From assembly GCA_027339965.1 (NCBI GenBank), contig DAHWNL010000078.1:128001-192000 (forward strand): a DNA stretch of 64,000 nt, written 5' to 3'. How positions within the stretch are numbered: position 1 is the first letter of the stretch; each line of letters opens with the position of its first letter. Made by a program: the position numbers and the translations under genes. Under the pieces are notes generated by a model. The model did not search any database. It was not told where the DNA came from and was given only the letters and a program-made list of their open reading frames with translations. Origin of the DNA: Granulicella sp. (GTDB taxonomy: Bacteria > Acidobacteriota > Terriglobia > Terriglobales > Acidobacteriaceae). Positions 39,567 to 49,359 of the stretch are shown here, piece after piece.

Positions 39567-39612
39567 TGCCTCTATACCGACTATATTACGTCAGTATAGA
39601 GGCAATTGTCAA
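39567..39612 (-). promoter_or_regulatory. Sigma70-type promoter of the transposase embedded in an inverted repeat
   Basis: Minus strand TTGACA-18 bp-TAATAT. 11-bp perfect arms TGCCTCTATAC (39567-39577) / GTATAGAGGCA (39594-39604). Confidence 0.55.
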
Positions 39613-39721
39613 GCGTTATACTGTATTGTTAATGACCTTTTTCTTAGGCGATTCGGCGGTGCTAAACTTCCAGACACAGGCACCCATCATAATCAGAAAT
39701 ATAATTCCAAGAGCCTTCATT

Positions 39722-40774
39722 ATGAATACATACGTCCTGAATATTGCGTCTTCTTTGGCTCTTACCCTGGCCAGTTCGCCACTGGGCGAATCTGCGGTAG
39801 ATACGGCCAAGAGGTTGCAACTTGGGGGCTTCCGCAACCACGATTTCAATCTACTGCTGGTGATGACTGCACTTGTGGCTTTCGGCGTGATAATGGAAGG
39901 CCCAGAGATAGTCCATGAAGCAAGAAATGCTTGGCTCCAATGCAGAGGGCGCAGGGCGCGGCACCGGAGCATTGCTCCCTGGATCACGCTAATCGGCGCA
40001 ATCGGATGGCTGTTTATTGCTGTCGGCGTGGCTGGGGAAGTTTATTGGGAAGTAAAAGTTTCCCACGATGACGAAGCAATAACGTCATTCGACGAGCAAA
40101 AGCTAGGGGACGCCGAAAAATCCGCTGCTGACGCTAACAAACTGGCAGGGGAATTAGGCGTTAAAGTAGATGAGCTACCAAGCTTTGTTGCAAAAAGAGA
40201 AGGTGAACTGAACGACAACATTGCCCAGTTCCGACGATATGCTCGTTTCGCACAAGGCCAGACGGCCAATGATTTAAAGCGCCTTAAGGACGATACAGAT
40301 GCTCTCAACAATGCACGTGACGATGCAACCGCCGCAGCAAAGCAAGCAGAGCGTGAGCGAGCAGCTATGGAAGCGGCCAACGCGCCGAGATATTTAACAC
40401 CGCAACAACAAGCAGATTTTGTAGCAAAGATGGCAACATTCCCCGGGCTATCTGCGAACGTATTGACTACCCCATCAAACACTCCGGACGTTGGACCTCT
40501 TGCCGCTCTTCTTGAATCACTGCTAGTACAAGCGAAATGGAAGACCGGCTCCATGCAGGGCTTAGCCGGGTGGGCGAAGTATGTCCATGTTTGCGTCGGC
40601 AAAAGTCCGAAACCAGCCGTTGTTAGTTCCGCGTCCATCTTTGCGGCGGAATTGAATGCGGACGGAATTCCTGCGTTCGTCGATAACACGATAGAGCCAA
40701 ACATCCAAGCAACTGGTGTCGGGACACTCCTTCCCAATCCAGATTTGCTTGTCATCGTCGGTTCTAAGCAGTGA
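39722..40774 (+). CDS. Hypothetical membrane protein (two TM helices, coiled coil, C-terminal domain), IS cargo
   Basis: ATG at 39722; hydrophobic segments LLLVMTALVAFGVIM and WITLIGAIGWLFIAVGVAG; Ala/Glu/Lys-rich heptads. Confidence 0.7.
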   Translation: MNTYVLNIASSLALTLASSPLGESAVDTAKRLQLGGFRNHDFNLLLVMTALVAFGVIMEGPEIVHEARNAWLQCRGRRARHRSIAPWITLIGAIGWLFIAVGVAGEVYWEVKVSHDDEAITSFDEQKLGDAEKSAADANKLAGELGVKVDELPSFVAKREGELNDNIAQFRRYARFAQGQTANDLKRLKDDTDALNNARDDATAAAKQAERERAAMEAANAPRYLTPQQQADFVAKMATFPGLSANVLTTPSNTPDVGPLAALLESLLVQAKWKTGSMQGLAGWAKYVHVCVGKSPKPAVVSSASIFAAELNADGIPAFVDNTIEPNIQATGVGTLLPNPDLLVIVGSKQ

Positions 40775-41019
40775 GTAAAGTCCCATGTGCCGTTGCTGGT
40801 CAGCGGGACAACCATCAGCAAGATTCTGACCAATCGTCTTACCTGTGGAAATCGAACGGCACCACTACCCATATCCTCCGTGGGTCGACGAACACCAGAC
40901 CCTTCCGGTATTCTAGTTTCTATATCATCAAGACCGGTTGCAGAGCGAGCGCCCGGAGCTCTTACCCTGCGCTCACCCACCAGGCGAGCTGGAGACGAAG
41001 CAACTCAAGGAGAACGGCT

Positions 41020-41535
41020 TTGCGTAGTCTTAGATATCTCTTACTGGCCGCACTGTTCGGATGCATCGCGGCGGCCTCTGCCGGTGCGCAGATTTCGTTT
41101 GGTGTTGACATCGGCGGTTACCCGGAGGGCCCCCCGGAATGCCAATGGGGATACTACTCCTATCCCCCTTATGCCTGCGCGCCTTATGGCTATTACGGAC
41201 CACAGTGGTTCAATGGCGGTCTGTTCATCGGTGCCGGTCCGTGGTACCACTTTGGCTGGGGCGGCGACGATTGGGGAGATGGCGGTTGGGGTGACTGGCA
41301 CGGCGGTGACTGGCACGGCGGCGGCTGGGCTCGCGGCGGTGGCTGGGGTGGAGGGCATGGTATGATCGGCGGCGGTTTCCATGGCGGAGGTTTCCATGGC
41401 GGCGGATTCCATGGTGGCGGATTCCATGGTGGCGGATTCCACGGCGGCGGATTCCATGGCGGTGGCGGCTTTCACGGCGGCGGCTTTCACGGCGGCGGTG
41501 GTGGATTCCACGGCGGTGGGGGCGGACGCCGCTAA
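41020..41535 (+). CDS. Secreted glycine-rich protein with GGGFH repeats
   Basis: TTG start after AAGGAG; signal peptide; PPECQWGYYSYPPYACAPYGYYGP domain; Gly-rich tail. Confidence 0.75.
   Translation: MRSLRYLLLAALFGCIAAASAGAQISFGVDIGGYPEGPPECQWGYYSYPPYACAPYGYYGPQWFNGGLFIGAGPWYHFGWGGDDWGDGGWGDWHGGDWHGGGWARGGGWGGGHGMIGGGFHGGGFHGGGFHGGGFHGGGFHGGGFHGGGGFHGGGFHGGGGGFHGGGGGRR
41368..41511 (+). repeat. Coding tandem repeat, nine G(3-5)FH units (about 15 bp each)
   Basis: GGC GGN GGN TTC CAY repeated with synonymous variation. Confidence 0.9.
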
Positions 41536-42180
41536 AGCGTTTTCAGTGCAGGTGTAACGCGACGCCTCGACCTCCATGGGCGTTTTTCCCAATGAAAACG
41601 CCACTGCACGCCCTCTCCGGTGTGCCCAGCAACACTGAAAATGCTATAAGTCAACTGCTCTCTGTTACTCCTTGAAGGCGGCTACTCTGCCGAGCAGCCG
41701 ATCTTCTTGGTTCGGTTGATCTTCGGAACTTACGGATCGCACTCTCGCAGAGCACCAAGCGCCCCGGTCTCGCGGCCTCGTCTGCTCTGCGAACGGCTCA
41801 GTTCCGGCGCAAAGCCAACCTCACGCCGAACCTACAATCCCTTCTCGAGTATGGATGAGTTTGCCGAAGCGGAGCAGGCCTTCCAGCAGTAGAACGGCAT
41901 CCGACGGATTCTGCGCTTGCATCACCGTCTCCTTGGCGATTGCCCAACACGGCGATCGCCCAACTTTCGGATCGAGCAGATCTGCGCGAATCCACTTTTT
42001 GAATCTCGGCTTGTAACCTGTGCCTGTCTTTCTGCCTGACAAAACTTCTATCGAAGCGCCTTCTGTCGATAAGAGAAATGCGAGAAAGAATTCGCTTGTC
42101 CCGGATACCGCGAATTGCGGAAAAGCCGCCCTGGAACCTTGACTGCAGTTCTGGGGCGGCTGATGGCGACACTTCGCTCT

Positions 42181-43086
42181 CTACCTGCTTGGCGCCGATG
42201 TCGTTGCTGGGGCCGCCGTGTTCGGCTTCTTGGCTGGAGTCGCATTCGGAGGCTGTGGATGCCAGAAGCTCATATCGTTTTGCGTCCAGCTACTTGGAAG
42301 GCGGCTCATACTTGGAGTAAATACGTAGAGATTGTTCTGGACGCTATCGTAGTCCGAGCTCACAATCCCCAGGATATGCTTATGAGCTACCTCGCCCATG
42401 TTTTTGAGGTATTGCTCAGCGAGGGACTGGTGCCGGTCGATATCGGATAGCGCCTTGACCGGGATCAGAATCAAGAAGGAATTGTCTTTCGCCTTTCCGA
42501 AGATCTGCTGATAGACGGTATAGTGGAAGTTCGGATCCGTCCGAGCCCAAACATCACCAGACTTGCGGATGACATCTGAGAACTCCGAGTCATGCCCGAG
42601 CTTGACCTGAATGTGGACCACGTCCATGAAGCGCATACTGCCGAGATTCTCAGGCTGTGGATTACTCAGGTCCGGGCGCAGCCGCCAGATCGACGTCTCC
42701 GTTTTTTCAAGAGTCGCGCTGTGTTCCGCTTCGAGCGTGTCCATCTTGTCGCCAATGATGGTGTCGTCATTGTCATGCACGTCCGCCATCTCTTGGAGCG
42801 AGGAGTAGCCAGAGAGAAACATGATGTCTTCCGATCCGGAGATTCCTCCCATGCCAAGGTAATATTCCTTGGCTTTGGCCGCGTCGAGGGCTGCTCTCAT
42901 CTCGACTTCCAGCTTCTCATGAGTGAACTCATCGCCAGGCTTCGGCGTCTCCCGAACGGTTACGAGGATCGGCGCCGGTCCGCTCGGCAACGGTGCGTGT
43001 TCCTGAGCGCTGGCCGCGATCGCCGTCAGGCCAGCGGCTGCTACCCCAATCCATACAAGGCACTTCCGAGCTTGGACCTGGTTCAT
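42181..43086 (-). CDS. Hypothetical secreted protein (two repeated alpha/beta, NIPSNAP-like domains)
   Basis: RBS GGAGG; signal peptide; two halves with similar KPG..../KLG... pattern. Confidence 0.6.
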   Translation of the reverse strand: MNQVQARKCLVWIGVAAAGLTAIAASAQEHAPLPSGPAPILVTVRETPKPGDEFTHEKLEVEMRAALDAAKAKEYYLGMGGISGSEDIMFLSGYSSLQEMADVHDNDDTIIGDKMDTLEAEHSATLEKTETSIWRLRPDLSNPQPENLGSMRFMDVVHIQVKLGHDSEFSDVIRKSGDVWARTDPNFHYTVYQQIFGKAKDNSFLILIPVKALSDIDRHQSLAEQYLKNMGEVAHKHILGIVSSDYDSVQNNLYVFTPSMSRLPSSWTQNDMSFWHPQPPNATPAKKPNTAAPATTSAPSR

Positions 43087-43270
43087 ATTCCTCCCCTCTC
43101 CTTTGGTGAGCGAAATCAAGATCTAACGTATTGTACGCGGCAGAGCAAAAATAGACCAAGCGAAGCAACAAATGGAGATGCACGCCGGCATGGTCCGAGA
43201 AGCAGACTGCCGGAGATGCGTGCCACGACGCCGGCGTAACCCCGGCCCCGGCACGGCTTGACGGAAATGG

Positions 43271-44782
43271 CTACCAGCCTCCTCCCAGCGCGTTGTAGAG
43301 CTGGACCAGAGCGAGGGCCTCCTGTCGCTCGACAGCATTCAGCGTCAGCTCTGCGTTGTAGAGATTCGTGTCTGTGGTCAATACTTCCAGATAGCTGGTA
43401 GCACCCCCTTGATAACGAATGCGAGCCAGACGCAATGCGTCGGCAGCGGCGGCCACCTGCTTCTCTTCTAAATCACGGTACTCGCGGCTCCTGTGGTAAG
43501 CCACCAGGGCATTGGAGACATCGCGGAGCGCCTCAGCGATCGTCTGCTGGTAGGTGTCCAACAGCTCCTTGTGCGCAGAGAGCGCCAGGTGGTAGTTGTC
43601 CCGGATCTTGCCGGCATTAAAAATAGGCTGGGTGAGCCCACCGACAGCATAGTAGTAACCGTTCGCAGGATTCAGAAGCTCGTCAAACTGGCTGCTGCCA
43701 AGGCCGCCCTCCGCCGTGATCGAGAGCTGCGGAAAGTATGCGGCGCGCGCGACGCCGATGTTGGCATTGGCCTGAACAAGAAGCTCTTCGGCACGGCGAA
43801 CATCCGGCCTGCGCTCCAAAAGATCAGAGGGGAGCCCGACAGGAACGTCTACCGGGTGCGGGGCGTCAGCCACAGGATACCCTCGATCGATGGGTCCTGG
43901 AGCTTCCCCAAGCAGCAGACGAAGGTCGTTCTCCTGGCTGGCAATCTGACTCTGAAGCGCAGGAATCTGCGCCTGGGCGGCGTAGCAGAGTTCCTCGGCC
44001 TGGCGCACATCGGCCAGCGATTCCGCTCCGCCACGCTCCAGGGTTTGGGTGAGCGCCAAAGACTGTTGACGCGCCCTGAAAGTCTTGCGAGTGAGGTCGA
44101 GCTGGGCATCCAGGGAGCGCAACTGATCGTAGTCGGTCGCCACATCTTCGATCAAAGTGCTGTAGGTGGTCTGCTGGGCCCACTCGGTTGCCCGCAGGTA
44201 AGCCCGCTGAGCCTCCGTCTGGCGGCGGTAGTATCCCCAGAAGTCCAGATTCCAGGCCACAGACCCGGTCAGACCGCCGAAGAAGTAGGTGGACTGAGAG
44301 CTTTTGGAGTTGCCGAGCAGTCCACCAGGCAGCCCCAAGGCTACATAGGACGCGCCCGCGTCGACGCTGGGATATTCCGCCGACTTAGTCATTCCAAGCC
44401 GGGCCTGCTCTTCCAGCACCCTGTCGGCGGCAATCTTTACGTCATAGTTGTTCTGGAGCGCCCGGCGGATGAGCTGTTGGAGAACCGGATCGGTGAAGAC
44501 GGTCTGCCAGCTTTGAGCCCCGAGCCACGTGGTTGCCGGTTTGGGGTCAGCGTTGTCTGCAGCCGCGGCGGTGGGTTTGGCCGCGTCGGGTTTGTTTGCG
44601 GTGCCGACGGAAGATGCGATCTCCGGCGCCATGGCTCCGCGATAGCTGGACGGGAGGTTGACCACAGGCCGCTTATAGTTCGGTCCGGCATTGCATCCTG
44701 CGAGGGAGAGCCCGAGGCCGGCGGCGAGCAGCAGAGCCAGACTGCGGTTGGCGTCGCAGAGGACGTGCAGAGAACGATTCAT
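43271..44782 (-). CDS. RND efflux outer membrane lipoprotein (NodT/OprM family)
   Basis: LAGC lipobox; LPSDLLERRPDVR, ARAAYFPQLS and LYNALGGGW. Confidence 0.93.
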   Translation of the reverse strand: MNRSLHVLCDANRSLALLLAAGLGLSLAGCNAGPNYKRPVVNLPSSYRGAMAPEIASSVGTANKPDAAKPTAAAADNADPKPATTWLGAQSWQTVFTDPVLQQLIRRALQNNYDVKIAADRVLEEQARLGMTKSAEYPSVDAGASYVALGLPGGLLGNSKSSQSTYFFGGLTGSVAWNLDFWGYYRRQTEAQRAYLRATEWAQQTTYSTLIEDVATDYDQLRSLDAQLDLTRKTFRARQQSLALTQTLERGGAESLADVRQAEELCYAAQAQIPALQSQIASQENDLRLLLGEAPGPIDRGYPVADAPHPVDVPVGLPSDLLERRPDVRRAEELLVQANANIGVARAAYFPQLSITAEGGLGSSQFDELLNPANGYYYAVGGLTQPIFNAGKIRDNYHLALSAHKELLDTYQQTIAEALRDVSNALVAYHRSREYRDLEEKQVAAAADALRLARIRYQGGATSYLEVLTTDTNLYNAELTLNAVERQEALALVQLYNALGGGW

Positions 44783-47700
44783 TCCCGGCCTCCTGCGGGG
44801 TGATCCGAGCCTTCGCCATGCCCGGATGCAGGGCCCGGATGATGGCCAGGATCGGCTGGTTCTTCAGAAGTTCTGCGATGGGCCGGGTGTCCTTTTAGCT
44901 CCAGCGAGCCGCTGTGTTCCTTGCCGAACCAGCCGGCGAAGCGTTCCGCCAGGGTAAAGGTGACCGGGATCAGGAAGATGGCGAGCAGGGTTGCAGCTAA
45001 CATGCCACCGATAACCACTGTGCCCAGAATCTGGCGCGAGACGCCGCCGGCGCCGTGAGCAAACCAGAGCGGGACGCAGCCGAGAATGAAGGCAAAGGCG
45101 GTCATCAGAATGGGACGGAAGCGCAGCCGCGCGCCGTTCATCGCGGCCTCAAAGAGGGTCTCGCCCTTTTCGAACTCCTCTTTGGCGAACTCGACGATCA
45201 GAATTGCGTTCTTGGCGGACAGACCGATCAGCATGACCAGGCCGATCTGGGCGAAGACATCGTTCTCCAAATGACGCGCCATGAGCGCAAGATAGGCTCC
45301 CAGGATCGCAATCGGGGTACTGAGGAGCACGCCGAAAGGAAGCGACCAGCTCTCATACTGCGCGGCGAGGATGAGGAAGCAGAGCAGCAGCGAGAGAGCA
45401 TAGACCACCCAGGCGGGAATGCTTTGCTCCGCCTTCTTCTGCTGGAAGCTGAGGCCGGAGTAATCCATCCCGATGCCGGCAGGCATGGTCTGGTGGAAGA
45501 CGGACTCCAGCGCGGCCATGACCTGGCCGGAGCTGTAGCCGGGCCTGGCGACGATCGTGATATCGGCAGCCTCATACTCATTGAAGCGGGTGATGAACTC
45601 CGGACCGGTGATGCGCCTCACCGTGACGAGAGAAGCCAGCGGGACACGGTTACCGTTGGCCGCTGTCACGTAAAACTGGCTGATGTCTCCGATGTCCGTG
45701 CGCGAGCTTCCTTCCGCCTCAATGTAGGTCTGCCACTCTCGACCGAAACGGTTGAAGTAGTTCACCAGCGTGCCGCCCAGAAACGCCTGCATGGTGGTGT
45801 AAATATCACCCAGGTTTACCTGATCCTGCGCGGCTTTTTCGCGGTCCACATCCACATAGAGCTGGGGAACCGCAGGAAAGTAACTGGGGATCGCAGCCGC
45901 GATCTCCGGACGCCGGCTAAGAGCGCCAAGGTATCTGTACACGTTGGCGGTAAGAAAGTTGGGGTCATTGCCGCCAGAGCGGTCTTCCAGGACCATGCTG
46001 ACGCCTCCAGAGGTTCCCAGGCCGGGAATGGCGGGCGGCGTAAAAGAGAAGGCCAAGCCCTCTTTGATCCCCGCCAGCGCCCGGGCAAGATTGGCTTGCA
46101 GAGCCTCGAAGCGTTCGTCCGGCGCTGCGCGCCGGTTCCAATCCTTGAAGGTGACGAAGAAAAAGCCGCTATAAGTGGTCTGGGCCTGCGAGAGAAGGCT
46201 GAAGCCCACCACATCCACCACGCTTTGGACCCCAGGCACCTGATGAAGCGCCCGATCGACCTGCAAGGCAGCCTGGGTAGTTCGCTGCAGACTGGCCCCC
46301 TGAGGAAGTTGCAGATTGACGAAGGCGTAACCTTGATCTTCCGTGGGAAGGAAGCCTCCGGGCAAGCAGGAGCCCAACAGCAGCACCAAGGCGCTAACCA
46401 CTGCGAGCGTCAGCACGCCCAGCACCCATTTATGCACCAACCATCCAGAGGCGGTGACATACCCACGGGTGGTGCGGCGGAAGACGCGGTCAAACCAGCG
46501 GAAGAAGGGCGCTAGAGGGCCCTTGGACTCAGCTTTGGGCTTGAGCAGCAGAGCGCAGAGTGCGGGGCTGAGCGTCAGGGCGTTGAAGGCGGAAAAGAGA
46601 ACCGAGATGGCGATGGTAACCGCAAACTGCTGGTACAAACGCCCGGTGATGCCAGGAATAAACGCCGTGGGAATAAACACCGAGGCGAGGATCAAGGCGA
46701 TGGCGATGACCGGACTGGCGACCTGTTCCATGGCGGCGTAGGAGGCCTCCAGCGGCGTCATGCCTTCCTCCATGTGATGCTCTACCGCCTCGACCACAAC
46801 GATGGCGTCGTCCACCACCAGACCAATCGCCAGGACAAGACCAAAGAGCGAAAGAGTGTTCACCGAAAATCCCAACACGGGGAAGACCATGAAGGCGCCG
46901 ATCAGAGAGACGGGAACGGCCAGCAAGGGAATCAGTGTCGCCCGCCAGCCCTGCAGGAAGATGAACACCACCAGGATGACAAGCGCCAGGGCCAGCAGCA
47001 GGGTGATGAGGATCTCATGCATGCCGGCGGTGACGGCCTTGGTGGTATCCAGCGGCACAGCCGAAGCCATGTCGGCAGGAAATTGGGCCGAGAGCCTCGC
47101 CAGCTCCAGGCGGACGTTCTTGGCTGTCTCAACAGCATTGGTTCCAGGGAGCTGATAGACGGCCATGACGGCGGCCGGCTTGCCGTTGAACAGACCGTTG
47201 AGGTTGTAAGTCTGGTCGCCAAGTTCGATGCGGGCCACATCGCGCAGGTGCAGGACGGAGCCATCCGGGTTGCTGTGCAGGATGATGTCGCCGAATTGCT
47301 CGGCGGTGAGCAGACGTCCCTGGGTACGCACGGTGTAAGTAAACTGCTGGCCGCTTGGAACCGGCTCGCCGCCGATCTGCCCGGCTGGGTTGACAGTGTT
47401 CTGGGCCAGCAGAGCCTGTTCGATCTGCGGAATGGTCACGCCCAGGCGAGCCAGCTTGTCCGGCTTGACCCAGATGCGCATGGCATACTGCCCTGCCCCG
47501 AAGATCTGGATACGGGAGACGCCCTTGACGCGCGTGAGGTCATCGGCCAAATGGATGTAGGCGTAGTTGGCCAGGAAGATGCCGTTGTAGGTGGAGTGGG
47601 GTGAGGTAATCGCCAGCAGCATGAGCGGCGAGGAGAGGGATTTTTGAACCGTAAGGCCGGCGGTGTTGACCTCCGCCGGCAGTTGGCTTTGGGCCTGAGA

Positions 47701-48036
47701 AACACGGAGCTGGGAGAGAATCTGGTCGGTGTCTGGGTTGGTGTCCACGCCGAAGTCAACGATGAGTTGGGTCAAGCCGTTACTCGCGTTGATCGACTGC
47801 ATGTAGTTCATGTTGTCCACGCCGTTCATCTGTTGCTCGATGGGCGTAGCCACTGAATTCACCATCGTCTCCGCATCTGCCCCAGGGTAGGTGGCCTGAA
47901 CCATGATCTCCGGCGGAACAATGTTCGGGTACTGCGCAGTGGGCAGACCCACCAGCGAGACGAGTCCCCCGATCACCATGAGAATGGCGATCACGATGGC
48001 CACGATCGGCCGGCGTATGAAGAACTTTGAAATCAT
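44779..48036 (-). CDS. RND efflux permease (HAE1, AcrB/BepE-like)
   Basis: FFIRRPI, IGLVVDDAIVVVE, IGLSAKNAILIVE and RFRPILMT. Confidence 0.95.
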   Translation of the reverse strand: MISKFFIRRPIVAIVIAILMVIGGLVSLVGLPTAQYPNIVPPEIMVQATYPGADAETMVNSVATPIEQQMNGVDNMNYMQSINASNGLTQLIVDFGVDTNPDTDQILSQLRVSQAQSQLPAEVNTAGLTVQKSLSSPLMLLAITSPHSTYNGIFLANYAYIHLADDLTRVKGVSRIQIFGAGQYAMRIWVKPDKLARLGVTIPQIEQALLAQNTVNPAGQIGGEPVPSGQQFTYTVRTQGRLLTAEQFGDIILHSNPDGSVLHLRDVARIELGDQTYNLNGLFNGKPAAVMAVYQLPGTNAVETAKNVRLELARLSAQFPADMASAVPLDTTKAVTAGMHEILITLLLALALVILVVFIFLQGWRATLIPLLAVPVSLIGAFMVFPVLGFSVNTLSLFGLVLAIGLVVDDAIVVVEAVEHHMEEGMTPLEASYAAMEQVASPVIAIALILASVFIPTAFIPGITGRLYQQFAVTIAISVLFSAFNALTLSPALCALLLKPKAESKGPLAPFFRWFDRVFRRTTRGYVTASGWLVHKWVLGVLTLAVVSALVLLLGSCLPGGFLPTEDQGYAFVNLQLPQGASLQRTTQAALQVDRALHQVPGVQSVVDVVGFSLLSQAQTTYSGFFFVTFKDWNRRAAPDERFEALQANLARALAGIKEGLAFSFTPPAIPGLGTSGGVSMVLEDRSGGNDPNFLTANVYRYLGALSRRPEIAAAIPSYFPAVPQLYVDVDREKAAQDQVNLGDIYTTMQAFLGGTLVNYFNRFGREWQTYIEAEGSSRTDIGDISQFYVTAANGNRVPLASLVTVRRITGPEFITRFNEYEAADITIVARPGYSSGQVMAALESVFHQTMPAGIGMDYSGLSFQQKKAEQSIPAWVVYALSLLLCFLILAAQYESWSLPFGVLLSTPIAILGAYLALMARHLENDVFAQIGLVMLIGLSAKNAILIVEFAKEEFEKGETLFEAAMNGARLRFRPILMTAFAFILGCVPLWFAHGAGGVSRQILGTVVIGGMLAATLLAIFLIPVTFTLAERFAGWFGKEHSGSLELKGHPAHRRTSEEPADPGHHPGPASGHGEGSDHPAGGRE

Positions 48037-48039
48037 AGG

Positions 48040-49257
48040 TCAGTTTCCCTGCTGGTCTGCGCTCTGCCCTGAAGCAGCGGAGGCGGGATCGACGGCAGGT
48101 TGGGGAGTGGTATCCGGTTGAGGTACAACCTTCATCCCGTCCCGCACCTTGTCCATACCCTGGGTAATGACCTGTTCGCCGGGATTCAAGCCGCTGGTGA
48201 TGACAATATCCGGGCCGATTTGAGGACCAAGCCGCACGGTGCGAACATGCGCAACATGATCCTGCCCGACCACGAGGATCTGATGCAGCCCCTGGAGCTC
48301 CGTAACCGCGCGCTGCGGCGCCAGCACGGCATTTCGCAGCACGGAGGTCTCCGCCGAGACGCGTCCGAACTGGCCAGGACGCAGCAGGTTGTCAGGATTG
48401 GCGAAGGCCGCCGCCAGACGAATGCTGCCGGTTTGAGCCGTCACCGCGCGGTCCACAAAGATGATATGGCCCAGGTGAGGGAAAGTCTGGTTGTTCGCCA
48501 GAGTGAGATGGATGGGAATGAGATTACCGCTCTGCAGAAGGTCAGCGTTGCCGTGCGAAGCTGCCCGCGCTGACAGCGCAAGATACTCCTGCTCGCTGAT
48601 GTAGAAGTACACTTTGATGGGGTTGACCTGCGAGACCGAGGTGAGGACTGAAACGGGGCTAACCAGATTGCCGACCTGGAGCATCGCCTGTCCCGCCACA
48701 CCATCGATAAGCGAACGCACTTTTGTAAACCCAACATTCAACGCTGCCGACTCAACGCCGGCCTGGGCACTGGCAACGGCAGCCTTATCAGCCGCCTCGG
48801 TCTGAACCTCAGTGTCCAATTGACTCTGCGGAATGGCCTGCGCCGCCGCCAGCGGCGTGTCGCGGCGCACATTAATCTGCGCGAGCCGCAACTGCGCCTG
48901 GGCCTGCGCCAAAGACGCGTTGGCCTGGTCCAGGACCGCCTGGAAGGGACGCGGATCAATCTCGAAGAGCACCTGGCCCTTGTGGACCGCACTTCCCTCT
49001 TTGTAATCCTGGCGGATCAGGTAGCCGGAAACCTGCGGCTGAATCTGCGCATTGACATAGCCGTCCGTGGTCGCCACCCAATGGCCGATCACTGGAACAT
49101 CCCTGCGTTCCGCCGGCGTCACCATGACCGGCAGCGGCCCAATGGCCTCCTGCATCGCCTGCGGTGGGCCACTACGGTTGCATCCGGCCAACGGCGCCGC
49201 AGACAACAGAGCTAGCGCTAGCGCAAGGGATCCCCGCAGAGGGGGGCAACATAGCAT
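48040..49257 (-). CDS. RND efflux periplasmic adaptor (MFP) lipoprotein
   Basis: LAGC lipobox; IQPQVSGYL, LFEIDPRPF and LLRPGQFGRV. ATG at 49257 with GGAGG RBS. Confidence 0.92.
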   Translation of the reverse strand: MLCCPPLRGSLALALALLSAAPLAGCNRSGPPQAMQEAIGPLPVMVTPAERRDVPVIGHWVATTDGYVNAQIQPQVSGYLIRQDYKEGSAVHKGQVLFEIDPRPFQAVLDQANASLAQAQAQLRLAQINVRRDTPLAAAQAIPQSQLDTEVQTEAADKAAVASAQAGVESAALNVGFTKVRSLIDGVAGQAMLQVGNLVSPVSVLTSVSQVNPIKVYFYISEQEYLALSARAASHGNADLLQSGNLIPIHLTLANNQTFPHLGHIIFVDRAVTAQTGSIRLAAAFANPDNLLRPGQFGRVSAETSVLRNAVLAPQRAVTELQGLHQILVVGQDHVAHVRTVRLGPQIGPDIVITSGLNPGEQVITQGMDKVRDGMKVVPQPDTTPQPAVDPASAASGQSADQQGN

Positions 49258-49309
49258 AACGGAATAGCCTCCGGCAGAAACTCCGGATACCTTCGGAGAA
49301 GCCTCCGAA

Positions 49310-49329
49310 AATATACACGTATGTATATT
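49310..49329. promoter_or_regulatory. Probable TetR operator
   Basis: AATATACA-cgta-TGTATATT perfect inverted repeat between the divergent tetR and MFP genes. Confidence 0.65.
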
Positions 49330-49359
49330 ATGCTCGAAGGTGGAGAATCGATTCAAAAA

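Larger units (their letters stand above)
38191..40870. mobile_element. Complete IS1-like element carrying three passenger genes
   Basis: 29-bp inverted repeats GGGTAGTGGTGCCGTTTGAAATCCACAGG / CCTGTGGAAATCGAACGGCACCACTACCC (3 mismatches), flanked by direct repeat ATATC (38186-38190, 40871-40875). Confidence 0.85.

Noticed and set aside
41368..41511. CRISPR-like array
   Set aside because: Repeats are contiguous, codon-phased and lack spacers; no cas genes.
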